DNA of 64,000 nucleotides. Origin: Tubiluchus corallicola (Eukaryota; Animalia; Priapulida). Below, in pieces: positions 52,006 to 64,000 of the stretch (positions are counted from its first letter, which is position 1; the number at the start of each line of letters is the position of its first letter). The stretch covers positions 62,001-126,000 of the forward strand of contig JAQGDQ010000259.1 in NCBI GenBank assembly GCA_030141605.1. Direction: 5' to 3'. The translations under genes and the position numbers were made by a program. The notes beneath the pieces were generated by a model, which saw nothing but the letters and a program-made list of their open reading frames with translations, did not search any database and was not told where the DNA came from.

Positions 52006-53986
52006 CATTTGCTTGGTTTTTGCACTAAGTTATGCTAGTTTTACACAGCTAAAGAAGTGAATCAATTTTTAGTCATTTCACAGTACTGGGAATGAGCTTA
52101 GGCCTACAGTTGGAATGTGTGTAAATTGCAATAAAAATTTTTGTTTTGCAAATCAAACAATAAAAAAGCACTGCATAAGACTACCGACAAGTCATTGGCA
52201 TAATCCTAAGTGCCGATGGCTAGTGACGCTCATATATTCATTTAGCATAGTCTCATATCATAATCAAATGAAATATGTGAATATATATTATATGTAACAA
52301 TATGTAATGCCACATGCCTTCATGTTTGCAAAAATCAAGTGGAATTCTACATGCTATTGTAAATGGGAATTGAGGGGTTAAGCATGCAGCCTAATACTAA
52401 TTCTGCGACATTAACTAGTCTTGTCTCATAAAAATAGGTTTGAGGTTTTGTTGACTTTGGAAATTTAATGTATTCTTTGTATACATGTATGTATATAAGT
52501 TTGTAACATGTGTTTTATACTGCTAGAATGATAAGCAGCTGCAATATGAACGTGACATGGCAGTTAACTTGAAGCATGAGGAGGAAAAACTGGCTATTTT
52601 AATTGAACAAGAAGCTGAACAATTGAAGAAATTGCGTGAGGTGGTTCACTTTATTGAAAGGTGAGCATCTAAATGATAAAGCATAACTTTTTTGTAAAAT
52701 AAGTATAAACAATTAAATGTTATTGTTTAAGCTTTTCTGCAAAATTCCACTTTTGTCAAGAAATTAGCAAATTTTGCTTTACATGAAGGTTTTGCTGTTT
52801 TTATTTTTTGTTCCTTCTTTGCTCTTTTCTATGATACTACAATGTCATGTATCACATTTTGCACTTTGTTTTTGTTGCTTATAGTAATGCATAAAAGCTC
52901 TCTTCACATCAGAACCTGGCAAAAGAGGCGCAATGTAGCTCTTTTATATGGATATTATACTACAGTGACAACTGTTATGCTTTGCGCTTTGTTTCTGTTA
53001 CTGATAATAGTGCACGAAATCTCTCTCTTCATAGATGTTGATACTCACATCAGAATGTGGCTAAGATACGTCTGCCAATTCAGTTGCCAGTCCACATTCC
53101 AACCTTGCCTCAACCATTCAAAACCACAACCAATCAAATTGAGTAGGCTTTATCGTTCCATTAAATGCTTACAGCACCTGGATTTTACAAAAAAAATCAC
53201 CATATAAAGCAAAGGACATGGGTGAAGTTATTCAGACCTGACAAATTTGGCACATTGTCAATGAGATATGCATTTACATTAGGTGAATTTTCTCTTGGGC
53301 CTCTGTAATCTTGGAAATGCAGTGCCGTATAGGAAAATTTCTATTACTAAAACACTTTGCATATTCTTTTTACCACTCCTTAATAAAATCATATGACTTA
53401 GTTTGTTCACCTCTTCTCAGCTCAGAATTATATCAAATTTCAAGTAGCATTGTGTAGATTTTTATAATTTGTGATTTTTAGCTTAGAGTGCCGAACAAAA
53501 GAAGGTAGCGTTCATCCTGTATCTTTGACTGAGTGTGCACAATTGTTTAAAGATTTTCAAGATAAGTTTTATGAAGAGTACAAGGTCTATGAGCTGAATA
53601 AACTTAGTGAAACTGTCGTGTTTCCACTGGTAAGTCTGTAATTCATTTATTTTCATTGGAACATGTAAATTTAGTACAAACATTGCTACTGTTTTCAATC
53701 CAATTCGCATACTATGCTGGTATAAGTGTGCTGGCTTCTTTTGTTTTTTTGTATGCTTTGAAGTGCACATTGCTAGTTGAAGTGATAGATTGTGTATGGT
53801 ATAACTTAATTTCTTAAACTAAAGCCACTTTGCAAATGTTTTCCTTGCATTTTCAAGCCTAAAAAGGGTTGAACCAGAATAATAGTTTGCTTTTGGTAAT
53901 AGTGGCATCTAATAAGCAGATAAATGATCATTTATATCACCTCTACAGGCCTCAAAAAGGTGCAACTATACACAAAAATTTATTTG

Positions 53987-54030
<44 letters not shown>

Positions 54031-57000
54031 TGTTATGTTGATGTGATGATAAATTAACTCTTTTAGTTGTCAGTGTATTGTCTTTGGGCCAGTAGGACAT
54101 TAGTTTGGACCAGTAATTATGTAAACTGAGATTTTACAGTTCAGTATAAATGCCATTTAAAATTTAGTAGTCATTTTGTCATCTATCAGGCTTGACGAGA
54201 TAGTGTTTAAGAGCATTTCTGTTACTAGCGTGATTTTCATATGATAAATAGGTATAAACATACATCCAATAGTTAAGTTTATTCCCCCTTGTATATCATT
54301 ATAACACACAACAAGCCAGTTTCTTAGATGATACATGCATCTGTGCATTCTACTGTATTTTGCTGAAAGCTGATATTTCATCTTTTCTCATGAAATCAAA
54401 CCTAAAAAATAAGAATACATTACGTTAGGAGTGCACCAGACCTCTGTTTGCCAGATTCAGACCGGAACCAGGTCCAATTCTCCAGATCTCCAAATCTAGA
54501 AAAATGCACTAGATTTTTTCACGTGACTGCAATAATCACTTAGTATGGTTTAACTGCATAAAAAGGCCTGAATCATTAATAAAGATGTAAAATAGTTCTA
54601 TGTGACGGTGCTTTTGCCAATGCTTTTCTTATGGGAAATCCAAATCATTTGTGCTGATGCTCATTCAGATGAAATATGCTTCATTGTGGTGTATCTATTC
54701 AGACTGGGAGCCCAGAAAAGGGTTTTGCACTGCATGTTTAAACGTGTGTGATCGCAATCATAAATTTAATTTTTAGGTGGCATTATACATCCTGCATTTC
54801 ATCAAAATTTGTTTGTTTGCTCAGTACAAAAACTTTTAAGGTACAGACGGTAAATGATTATTATAGGTCATCATTAATTAATGTACAATTAGCAGGATTG
54901 TGTGAAATGTACTATATTCATAATTTTTTGATCTGGCCACCCAATATCTGTATCAGAGTAAGATACGTGGTCTGGACAGATCGGTTATTCAGATCCAGAT
55001 CTGGTGCTCCCCTACATGGCATTGATGTATTAATAATGATATTTGACATGAAATGCTAACTTTCAGGTGAACAAATGTCTTTCTGCTTGGGATCCATTCA
55101 AGGACAGTAAATTTGGTATGGACGTATTTCAACAATGGAAGGACATACTCGAGGAACCGAGTAGACAGTTCATACAAGGACCTGATAATATGGATTCTTA
55201 TCAAAAGCTTGTTTGGGAAATCTGGATGGTATTCATACGAGAAGCTATTGCGTTAGTATCACATTTCCAAGATTTCTAAAGTGTAAAAGACCCGTATGCT
55301 TTGACCTGCTGCAGTTGGTTGATTGTGCAACTGGGGACACTGTTGCTTTTGGTACACATTAACAAAATAATTGATGTACCTGTTACAGTTTGCATGTTGG
55401 AGTCTTATTAAAGATCAAATTTAATGTAAAAACACGTTTTTTAACTAAAAGAGCTAACCGTAACTTAATTTTTGACATTAATTTTATTAAATTTCATGAC
55501 TTCCTTCCTAACGAAACTGGGCCTCAAAGTTGCATTTTTCCTCCAAAACGTTTTGTTCCATTTTGCTTGTGAAACTTCAGAAAATTGCAAGCTAAACAAA
55601 TGTTCTGGCAACGGCTTACTTGGATACCACGTCATTTTTGTGACGCTGGATTTGTAAACAATGCTACACAGCGAAATGTGACGAGTGATAACCAAGCTAA
55701 ACGCTGACATAACTAATGACTAAGGAGTTCCTGATGTCATTTAATGAGTAAAATGAACAACATTAAGCTACAGACTTTCTTCAGAAATGGCCCCTTCGTA
55801 CCAGATTTTCTCTTACATAAACCACTAAGAAAAAGTTAAAAGTATCAGAAAATCTTAGTTGGAACATTTTCTTTCTGTCTTTGTATAAAACTAAAACTTC
55901 ATAATGTTTGAGGAGATTCTGTATTCCAAAAACTTTCAGAACTGCACATCCTTTACCAGCCTTAAAGTGCGTAAAAAACAGTCAGTTACACATTAACAGT
56001 TTAGTAACTTGTATCTCATGTAATACATTTACCTACCTCATGCTCTGTTATCTATTTTTTGTTATTTAACATCGACAAAGAAGTGTGGTGTGATGGAAAA
56101 TATTAATTTTAGCGAAATTGAATTTTATAAGACAAAATATGATATTTTTTCAAAGATTTATTTCTGTAATTAACTATTACCTAAATTAGTTATTTAGAAA
56201 TGGTCAATTCGTCATTTGGAATTTGGATTTTTATTTTATTTTATTTTATTTTGCATTATTTGTAGCAAAATTGAAATATATGGGTTAATAAAATATATCA
56301 TCTGTAATCAAAAAATATCAAATATTCAAAAAATCTTCTGTAGTATTTCACCTCAAAATATTTCTCCAGGAAATGGAATGTTCGGTATTCTGATCCATTA
56401 ATTGAGCTACTTGAAAACTGGATGCCTCTCATTCCATCGTGGATAATGGATAATATCATGGAGCAGCTGGTGTATCCAAAGCTTCACTCAGAAATTGAGA
56501 ATTGGAATCCACTTACAGACACCATGCCTGTTCACTCCTGGATCCATCCGTGGCTACCATTAATGGGTAAGCAGTATGGCAGAGATTGTCGGAACACCAT
56601 TTTGAAATCTTAATAGCTTATGATATATATTTCATACAAGCTTAATATGATATAATTCACAGCATCATATTATATCATGATAATTTCAAAGTATGTAACA
56701 AAGAGCTAGATGTTTTGTCCAAGAGTAGCTAGCTGCATTATATGAACGTTTGTCTAAGAGTAACTAGCCCCACTATGTGAGCATTTGTCTAAGAGTAACT
56801 AGCCCCACTATGTGAGCATTTGTCTAAGAGTAACTAGCCCCACTATGTGAGCATTTGTCTAAGAGTAACTAGCCCCACTATGTGAGCATTTGTCTAAGAA
56901 TAACTAGCCGCACTATGTGAGCATTTGTCTAAGAGTAACTAGCCCCACTATGTGAGCATTTGCCTAAGAGTAACTAGCCCCACTATGTGAGCATTTGTCT

Positions 57001-58637
57001 AAGAATAACTAGCCCCACTATGTGAGCATTTGTCTAAGAATAACTAGCCCCACTATGTGAGCATTTGTCTAAGAGTAACTAGCCCCACTATGTGAGCATT
57101 TGTCTAAGAGTAACTAGTCCCACTATGTGAGCATTTGTCTACGAATAACTAGCCCCACTATGTGAGCATTTGTCTAAGAATAACTAGCCGCACTATGTGA
57201 GCGTTTGTCTAAGAGTAACTAGCCGCTCTACGTGAACATTTGTTTAAGAGTAACTAGCCGCACTATGTGAGTGTTTGTCTAAGGTGGCTGCTCACATGCA
57301 TCATGCATTGCCTGTGAAATAGCTGCAGAATAAAAAATCAATAGGAAATAGCTGCAACAAAAGAACAACTCATACTGCAAGTCAGATAAACGGGTGCACT
57401 GAAAACAATATAAACTTATTTTATCTGTTCTGCACCCCCATAACGCATACACATTCCGGATACATACATAAACACCACCTACTAGTAACTAGCTGCACTG
57501 TGTGAGTGGTTGTTAGAAAAGCATTCAGAAAATGATTTTTTAATTGTATTGTTACCTCTCAAAATATTATTGCCAAAAGATTATAGTGGACATAGAAGCT
57601 CAGTGATGGTAATGAATGTTGATAAAGTAGTCTAGTAACATTACTCATGCAACTGCTTTATATAGTTTACAATATTGTATTGTTTTTTATAGTATACAAA
57701 GTATTTTAATTTTAATGTTGAATGACATTTTATCATATCAGGCAATAGATTGGAGCCATTGTATGGTCCAATGAGAAACAAATTGGCAAACGCATTGACA
57801 AATTGGCATCCGAGTGATCCATCTGCATTATTAATGCTGCTGCCGTGGGCTAAAGTATTTTCTCAAGGAACAATGGACGCATTTCTATGCAGGTAGTGTT
57901 TTTATTGTTATTTAATTTTTGTATACTTTGAAGTAATTTGCTTTGATTAAATTAATTTTTTGTAATTTGTGTTTTGCTGCTATTTGATTGTATTTTATTT
58001 TTGCACAAGTCCTATGCTGTTAGAAGATATAGCTTGCTTAACAAGGCTTTGAATGAAGTTGTAGCAAAAAGAAGTCGGCAGTTCAGTTAGCAAGCTTCAA
58101 CTGTCCTAGCTTTGCAAGTATCCACTTCATTATTGTTATAAATAAGTTGACTTTTTTCAAGAGTATAAAATTTCATGTCATATTTTCGTGCAAAAATTAT
58201 GAATTTGTAATAAGTGAAAATGAAATTAACTCCACACAAGTTTATATATTTGTACAGAAATCATGTTTCATTTAATTTCTGATCTTTTCTTAACATATAA
58301 AAATGTTTGTTTTTAACACAAGTGTCTTTTTTCATCAAAGAGTTCTTATGTTTCTGTTGGCATTTTTAAGACAAAAGGGAAGGCAGCCAATTATTAAAAT
58401 TCTAAATTCGGAATTGTGGATAGGAGATTTAGGAAAATGCCTGCATGACTAGGAAAATTCATTTGTTTCAAAACAAGCTTATGTAAAAGTTCTGGCTTAA
58501 ACAAAAACCCAAACCATTGCTTCTCGTGGACAAGTAGTATTTATTTTACTGCCACATTACTACAGTCAAATCACCTACTTTGCAATTGCAAAAAAATTTT
58601 GGCATTAAGCAAGTTTGACATTATAACAATGTATTAC

Positions 58638-58715
<78 letters not shown>

Positions 58716-61480
58716 CAAATATAGACTTTTTATTTTGTGAAAAATATGGGCACTAAGCTAAGTTGGCATTATAAATGGGGCATTATAGCGAGGTTTGACT
58801 GTAGTTTACTTTGTACTTTTTCAATTGAACGACTTATGTAACCGGACATGCCTGCAAGAAAATAGATGATGTTAGTAATCATAGTTTGATTTTCCTACTG
58901 CAATACTTTTCCTTATGCAGATGCATTTTACCTAAGCTTCAATTAGTGATGCAGGAATTTACCATTAACCCACACCAGCAGCACCTTGATGCATGGAAAT
59001 GGGTGATGGACTGGGAGGGATTGTTACCACATCGTAATCTTGTTACTCTATTAGAGAAGGCGTTCTTTCCTAAGTGGATGCAGGTAATTAGTGCTGTAAT
59101 TTCTCTGTATTATACTTGTATATTAGCCACTGTAATTGGTAAGATAAAAATAATACTTGTATTGGTTTAATGCAAAAGGATTCCTTCTTTTGTTCCTTCT
59201 GTAGTTTAAAGTTGTGTGGTTTAGCTAAATTGTTAGGTGTAAATATTGTATAATGGCTTATAGCTAAAAATATTAATTGCTGCATTAGACCCAGTAGTTA
59301 ACAACACATAGTTTTTTAGGAAAGATTTTAGGATAGTTTTATCTTTGCCAAAATGTTTAATCCAAGGAAAATAAATATTTCTCATATTGCATTGTAAAAG
59401 TTCTACATAAATTATACATACATTTCATTTATATTTTTGATCAAAGTCAGTAGCAGTCATATTATATCTTTCCTAGCGCAGTTCTTTCGTTAAATAAAGT
59501 GGAAATTCTCGCTTGTTTTAGGTTCTGCAGACATGGCTGAACAACAGTCCTAACTACGAAGAAATTACAAAATGGTATCTTGGTTGGAAGAGCATGTTCA
59601 GTGAAAAGTTGCTTGCTGATCCATTCATTAAAGGTGCAGTATATTAGTGTGGTTATTACATAGTAAGTGCTTCCACTTCTTCTTTGCATGCTTAAAATTT
59701 TCAAGTAAAAAATGCAAAATTACTACGCTAATCATTTTGAAAGCTTTCCCATATCTGCATATGGTTTCTGCAATTCTACTGAATCTGTACAAAGGGAGAC
59801 CCGACCCAGTCATGCTTGACACTATGCCATGACGGCTCCTATGCATTGTATTACATAACCACCTGCCTTATCCCTGTGATAAATTTCAGGATAATTATTA
59901 TCTACTAAATACATCCTCTTTGTGCTCTCACATTATATTGTTATTGTTGAACTACATTAAAATATCTAAGTCATCAGTTAGAGTTTTTCAAACACGAGCT
60001 TATTATTTCCAAAATTGTAGTCATCAGGCTTGCCGTTAGTAGTATCCATTGTATGAAAATTTTTGATTATTTTTACTTTTACTTTTTCGCTGTATCTCCT
60101 AAATATGATGTGCGGGATACTCAACTAAACTAAATATGTGTTTTGTTGAGAAACCTAAATTATGTTGGTAAGCTTCTGTGCCAAATCAGTGAAGCATAGT
60201 TTCCGAAGTTTTACGCTATTTGCTAACATTGTTTTCTTTTTTCAGTTCAAGTTTAGTTTCAAAATTTAATTAATTATCAATTTTTGCCATCATTAAAAAT
60301 AATCTTGATATTATCTTTAATTATAGTTATCATATAATGCTATCATTAGTCTAATCTTAGTAATTCACTGCTTAACTAGATTTGTGACTAGTTTGAGACC
60401 ATTCGTTGAAGAAAAAGTAAGATTAGAAATGCTGTTTCATTAAGTCGTCAAATTGATTTATAGATAATTTTAACCGGGCCCTGGAGATAATGAATCGTGC
60501 TGTAACATCACCAGGATTAGGTGCATATCAGCCGGGTGCACGGGAGAACATCGCTTACCTGTACCAAACAGAGAAACTAAACGAGAACAAAGAAAAAACC
60601 CTTGCAAAAGGTTCTTACGAGGTAAATTATTGAAAATGCATTCCATTTTAGTTTATTACGTAATCAGTTAGCTTGCAATTAATTTACTAAAAAGGGTGTT
60701 TTAAATGTGATTAGCCGGAATTCAGACCTGCTTTCTCCATGTGGTTACATAGCTCAGATGGTTAGAGGGAATGTAATCCATTGGTTTTGGGTTCAAATCC
60801 TGCTAAATTCACAGTTTTTTAGCATTGCTTCTTTCTGCAACAAATTTGCCATTGGCTAATCGTTGTTTAATATAAACTGCAAGACTTTTTAACTCTGACA
60901 AATCTTAGTAAAACATCTCTTTGAAATTCCATTTTCAAGGCCAGTCTTATTGATATAAAACTTATCTTGTGTGTAGTTTTAATTTGTGCAATGTAGCACT
61001 TACAATGTGCATTGTTTAATTTGTGTACTGTAGCACTTACAATGTGCATTGTTTAATTTGCATACTATATCACTTATATTGTGCATTGTTTAGTTTGTGT
61101 ACTGTAACACTTACAATGTGCATTGTTTAATTTGTTTACTGTAGCACTTACAATGCACATTGTCCTTGTTATTGCATATCTACACGAAACAGTTTTTGGC
61201 TTTTCATCAAAATAGTCACTTTGTTGTTTTACAGGGCATTATGAGCAGTTCTGGCACGTCATCTGCAGTGGTGCCATCTAGTTTCCGAGACATGATTGAA
61301 CGGAGGGCTGAAGAAAATGGTCTCATTTTCGTTCCCATACTGAATCGAACACAGGAAGGAAAACCTGTTTATAAATTTGGATCTTGTCAAATATACATAG
61401 ATCGAAAAGTAATATTTTGGAATAGTGATGGGAAATGGTTGCCAATTTCGTTAGGAAAATTAGTAGAAAAAGCTATATAA
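45144..61480 (+). CDS. TFIP11: Tuftelin-interacting protein 11 (Ntr1/Spp382 orthologue; G-patch plus GCFC; spliceosome disassembly), 822 aa
   Basis: Coding exons: 45144-45258, 45672-45830, 46225-46357, 47338-47489, 49099-49217, 50397-50547, 50675-50820, 52527-52660, 53482-53629, 55067-55251, 56370-56566, 57742-57892, 58921-59083, 59522-59633, 60464-60621, 61235-61480. Sum 2469 nt. [15 protein letters not shown]-patch [54 protein letters not shown]. Confidence 0.96.
47549..48284. mobile_element. pogo/Tigger-like MITE
   Basis: TA|CAGTAAGTCCTCGCTTAA ... TTAAGCAAGCACCTACTG|TA with CGTTAA subterminal motifs. Confidence 0.8.
49250..49748. mobile_element. hAT MITE with perfect TIR and 8-bp TSD
   Basis: TSD CTTACAAC at 49242-49249 and 49749-49756. 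TIR CAGGGATGTTA.CGAAA / TTTCGGTAACATCCCTG. AACCGA subterminal repeats. Confidence 0.92.
51000..51620. repeat. Dispersed repeat, inverse copy of 9320-9830; internal piece duplicated at about 51696-51720
   Basis: See 9320-9830. ATACGCATATCGTAATAAAAGATAT occurs at about 51497 and again at about 51696. Confidence 0.85.
54426..55014. mobile_element. hAT-like MITE
   Basis: TAGGAGTGCACCAGA ... TCTGGTGCTCCCCTA inverted ends with CCAGAT subterminal repeats. Confidence 0.7.
56714..57282. repeat. 35-bp minisatellite, about 16 copies
   Basis: Unit TTTGTCTAAGAGTAACTAGCCCCACTATGTGAGCA, head-to-tail with no spacers. Edge copies are diverged, and one detached copy lies at about 57485. Confidence 0.97.
58563..58801. 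mobile_element. Mariner/pogo-type MITE containing a (TG)n microsatellite (58643-58712)
   Basis: TA|CAGTCAAATC ... GGTTTGACTG|TA. Confidence 0.7.
59733..59885. repeat. Dispersed repeat, same-strand copy at about 63077-63240
   Basis: Both contain TTTTGAAAGCTTTCCCAT...GCAATTCTAC...ATGCTTGACACTAT...CCACCTGCCTTATCCCTGT.ATAAAT. Confidence 0.85.
60720..60905 (+). mobile_element. tRNA-derived repeat, same family as 17745-18110
   Basis: A box TAGCTCAGATGG (60750-60761), B box GGTTCAAATCC (60790-60800), T6 at 60815-60820. Flanks TCAG(A/G)CCTGCT and ATAAAC.G.AA...TCTGACAA are shared with the minus-strand copy. Confidence 0.7.
60977..61163. repeat. 37-bp minisatellite, about 5 copies
   Basis: Unit TTTAATTTGTGTACTGTAGCACTTACAATGTGCATTG. 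Confidence 0.9.
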
Positions 61481-63429
61481 ATAGATGACATTGGTAAAGT
61501 AAATAATAAATAAGGAGAAGAAAAATCCTTTGCACAAAGTTGGAATTATTGCAAAAACATGTTACTATGACACTGAAACTAATGGATGAAACATTTAATG
61601 TAGTGTCTTGTTTATGCAAAAATGATGGCCATTACACTAATAATAGATAGAATCCTGTTGTTATCGGTAATTGTGTTCTGTAATTGTGAGTGAACAATCA
61701 CAAAATCGAAATGTCAAATTATTGCTTTGCTATTTCATTTATTTGCAGGTCTTTCTTGCACTTCATTTCTTTGCCATTCTGGGAATGTGCACATTTGGTT
61801 TTCAGGCACCTGAACAATTCAAAAATCTCTGGAAAGAATGTGAGTTTGCAAAAAAAGCAAACTGTACATCTACGTCCGTGGAACCCCATTGAATGACCTT
61901 ATAGATTGCAATCCCACATTGATTTTGTTAACTTTTCTCCAAAACAATTGAAAATAACAATATTTTTGTTTCCATACTTTTGCCAATATGTAAAAATCAA
62001 ATTTCTAATGTGGATGTGGCACAATGTATGATTGGAAAACGTGAAATTATAATACCTTTGCAGCTCAAGCTAGTAAGCTCAAACTTACCAGAAAGTTAGA
62101 ACCCCGTCATCATGCTGTATATTTTAGTACTTTCTCCACTCTCTGGGAAGACCATGGTATCGTAAATATGTATTTCCAAGACTCACTATATGCGGAGCCC
62201 ACTAAAGTACCACAGAAGATAACCATTTCATAACCAATTTACAGGAGAGCAACATTGAAAAAAGCTGACAGCATTTACATTAAACGTGTTACAATTTCTG
62301 TCACTTAACTTGGCTAGCCAACTGTGCTCTGTGTTCTAGATGTTTTTGTAATCTGCATTTTATATTAAGCTACTGCTATTTCTAGTATCCTTAACGTCAC
62401 ACCTTGCAAGTTAAAAAGAAATTTGATTTTGCATCTTTACAAGCCAATTTGTCTCGTATTACAAATGTAAATAAAGCGTGAATGCAGTGCCTTGATGCGA
62501 GAAAACAGCCAAACTATCTAAGATGTACTCTAGTATTCTTTTAATACAAATGTGAACAAAATCAATATTATTTGTTCTTGAGTATTTAATGTTATAAATT
62601 ACGATCACTAATACAACATTGCAAAAAACTGTGAAAAGTTGATCATTTTTCTGTAACAAACACTTTCTCTTCTTGGTTTATCTCTTTTGCATGTTCTAAA
62701 AAGAATACTTTAGATTAGACAGTGGTATCATTACTGGAAGTTGCAAAATCTGATACTGAAAACAAATGATTAAACTGTGGTTACTGAAATACTAATTTTG
62801 ACAGATACATTGTTCTAAACTAAAGCTACACTGAACCTAATGATTGAGTAACTTGGATAAATTTCTCCAACACGAAATTTCCGCATCAGCTCATGTCCCT
62901 GGAAAGTTAAAGTGCTTACAAAAACTGTCCAACTTTGTAGCCACTTCCTGATGCACAGAAACACAGTTGTACACATTTCTTCATCATACTCATTTAAGAT
63001 GCACAATAATTCCAATTTGATTCAACAAACATGTATAAAACTTTCATATAATATGAAGAAATTCTATTCTAGTCAGTTTTTGAAAGCTTTCCCATGTCTA
63101 TATACAGTTTCCGCAATTCTACACAGAATCTATACAGAGGAAAGCCCATCACAGTATAATAGTCACCAGTAATGCTTGACACTATAGTGGCTCCTAGGCC
63201 TTGTATTCCATAGCCACCTGCCTTATCCCTGTAATAAATAAAATAGGTATAAATATCTCAAATAGACAAAAGTGATATTAGTTACAAACACTACAATATG
63301 AAGAGCACAATACAGTACTTTTGACTACATTACAAAGAATGTTTATCATATCACAATCACTCCGTATAATGGAACACGCTTAGTATAATGGAATGCACTC
63401 GTATTGATATGGAAATATAAATAGGCAGT

Positions 63430-63645
63430 ACTACCTCGTCCTGTGCATGTGTGTGAGTTTTTAAATAATGCAAATGTGTGAGAGCAAGCAGACTACCGAA
63501 GTGCACTTGTCTCGAAAATGGTCTGAACGGTGCAAACTTGTACAAGCTACAAACTTGCATTAACCAACAAAACGAGGAGCAACCTGCTGTACATGATGTT
63601 GATGATGATGAACATCATGATGTAGTTGAGCCTAATTATATAATG
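63430..63645 (+). mobile_element. Degenerate Cys-cluster C-terminus of a DNA transposase (Academ-like)
   Basis: From 63469, CKCVRASRLPKCTCLENGLNGANLYKLQTCINQ...DVDDDE is a decayed CxC...CxC...GL.C...C...C.N cluster with an acidic tail. It is preceded by frameshifted PRPVHVCEFL. Confidence 0.5.
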
Positions 63646-64000
63646 CCAAGTTAAAATGTGACTTCCACATATTTGTTGGATGAGTGTATCCTTGAACTTC
63701 CATTTTAGATGCTATTCTTATAATAATCGCAAAATCTTTCCGAAATACATGTTCCACAAAGTTTTCTGCAAGAAACATCGTAAAATCTGGTAACCAACAC
63801 ATGCAGTGTATTTTAAGGTATTTGCTGCAACTGTTACTTTACAGTTGCTAAGGTAAACAATTTTCACACTATCATCATAGCAACTGTTGCTTCACCTGCA
63901 TTTTAAAACATGTTGTCAGTTAATGTAATGCTCACAGCCAAGGTTTCCCAAACTATTTTCCAAATCTGACCTTGTTATCAATGCCGTTGCTAACGTAAAC

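Noticed and set aside
54042-54129. Intronic C/D snoRNA (GTGATGA...CTGA)
   Set aside because: No terminal stem, no recognisable rRNA/snRNA guide and far from the acceptor. Similar candidates at 15868-15951 and 11785-11866 overlap the acceptor region.
56714-57282. CRISPR-like array (35-bp repeats)
   Set aside because: Units are contiguous with no unique spacers, there are no cas genes, and it lies in a eukaryotic intron.
60741-60815. Functional tRNA gene
   Set aside because: A and B boxes are present but no acceptor or anticodon stem can be formed, and the flanks are shared with a repeat.

Overview
This is AT-rich genomic DNA from an invertebrate animal; the taxon cannot be fixed from the sequence. 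It holds five spliced protein-coding genes in alternating orientation: the 3' end of a type I membrane protein with endosomal/TGN sorting motifs (+, 1-4838), SMU1 (-, 11 coding exons, 513 aa), a GABP-beta orthologue (+, 9 coding exons, 437 aa), FICD/HYPE (-, 2 coding exons, about 480 aa) and TFIP11 (+, 16 coding exons, 822 aa). I traced the gene models by hand, and all 36 coding-region introns are GT-AG and in phase. Introns and spacers are filled with DNA-transposon relics (pogo/Tigger-, hAT-, Sola3-, THAP- and Academ-like), LINE fragments (one 2 kb RTE, one CR1-like), a repeat family carrying a tRNA cassette, minisatellites and microsatellites. The best lead is a 23-nt stop-containing candidate poison micro-exon in SMU1 intron 2. 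It sits behind a 71-nt intron and could form an autoregulatory circuit that senses short-intron splicing. Other leads are a permuted/inverted repeat with a complete Pol III cassette, a probable FICD/TFIP11 bidirectional promoter with FICD uORFs, and a three-level transposon nest whose empty site is visible in the same window. No CRISPR or prokaryotic system is present. Family assignments rest on motif recognition, not database searches.
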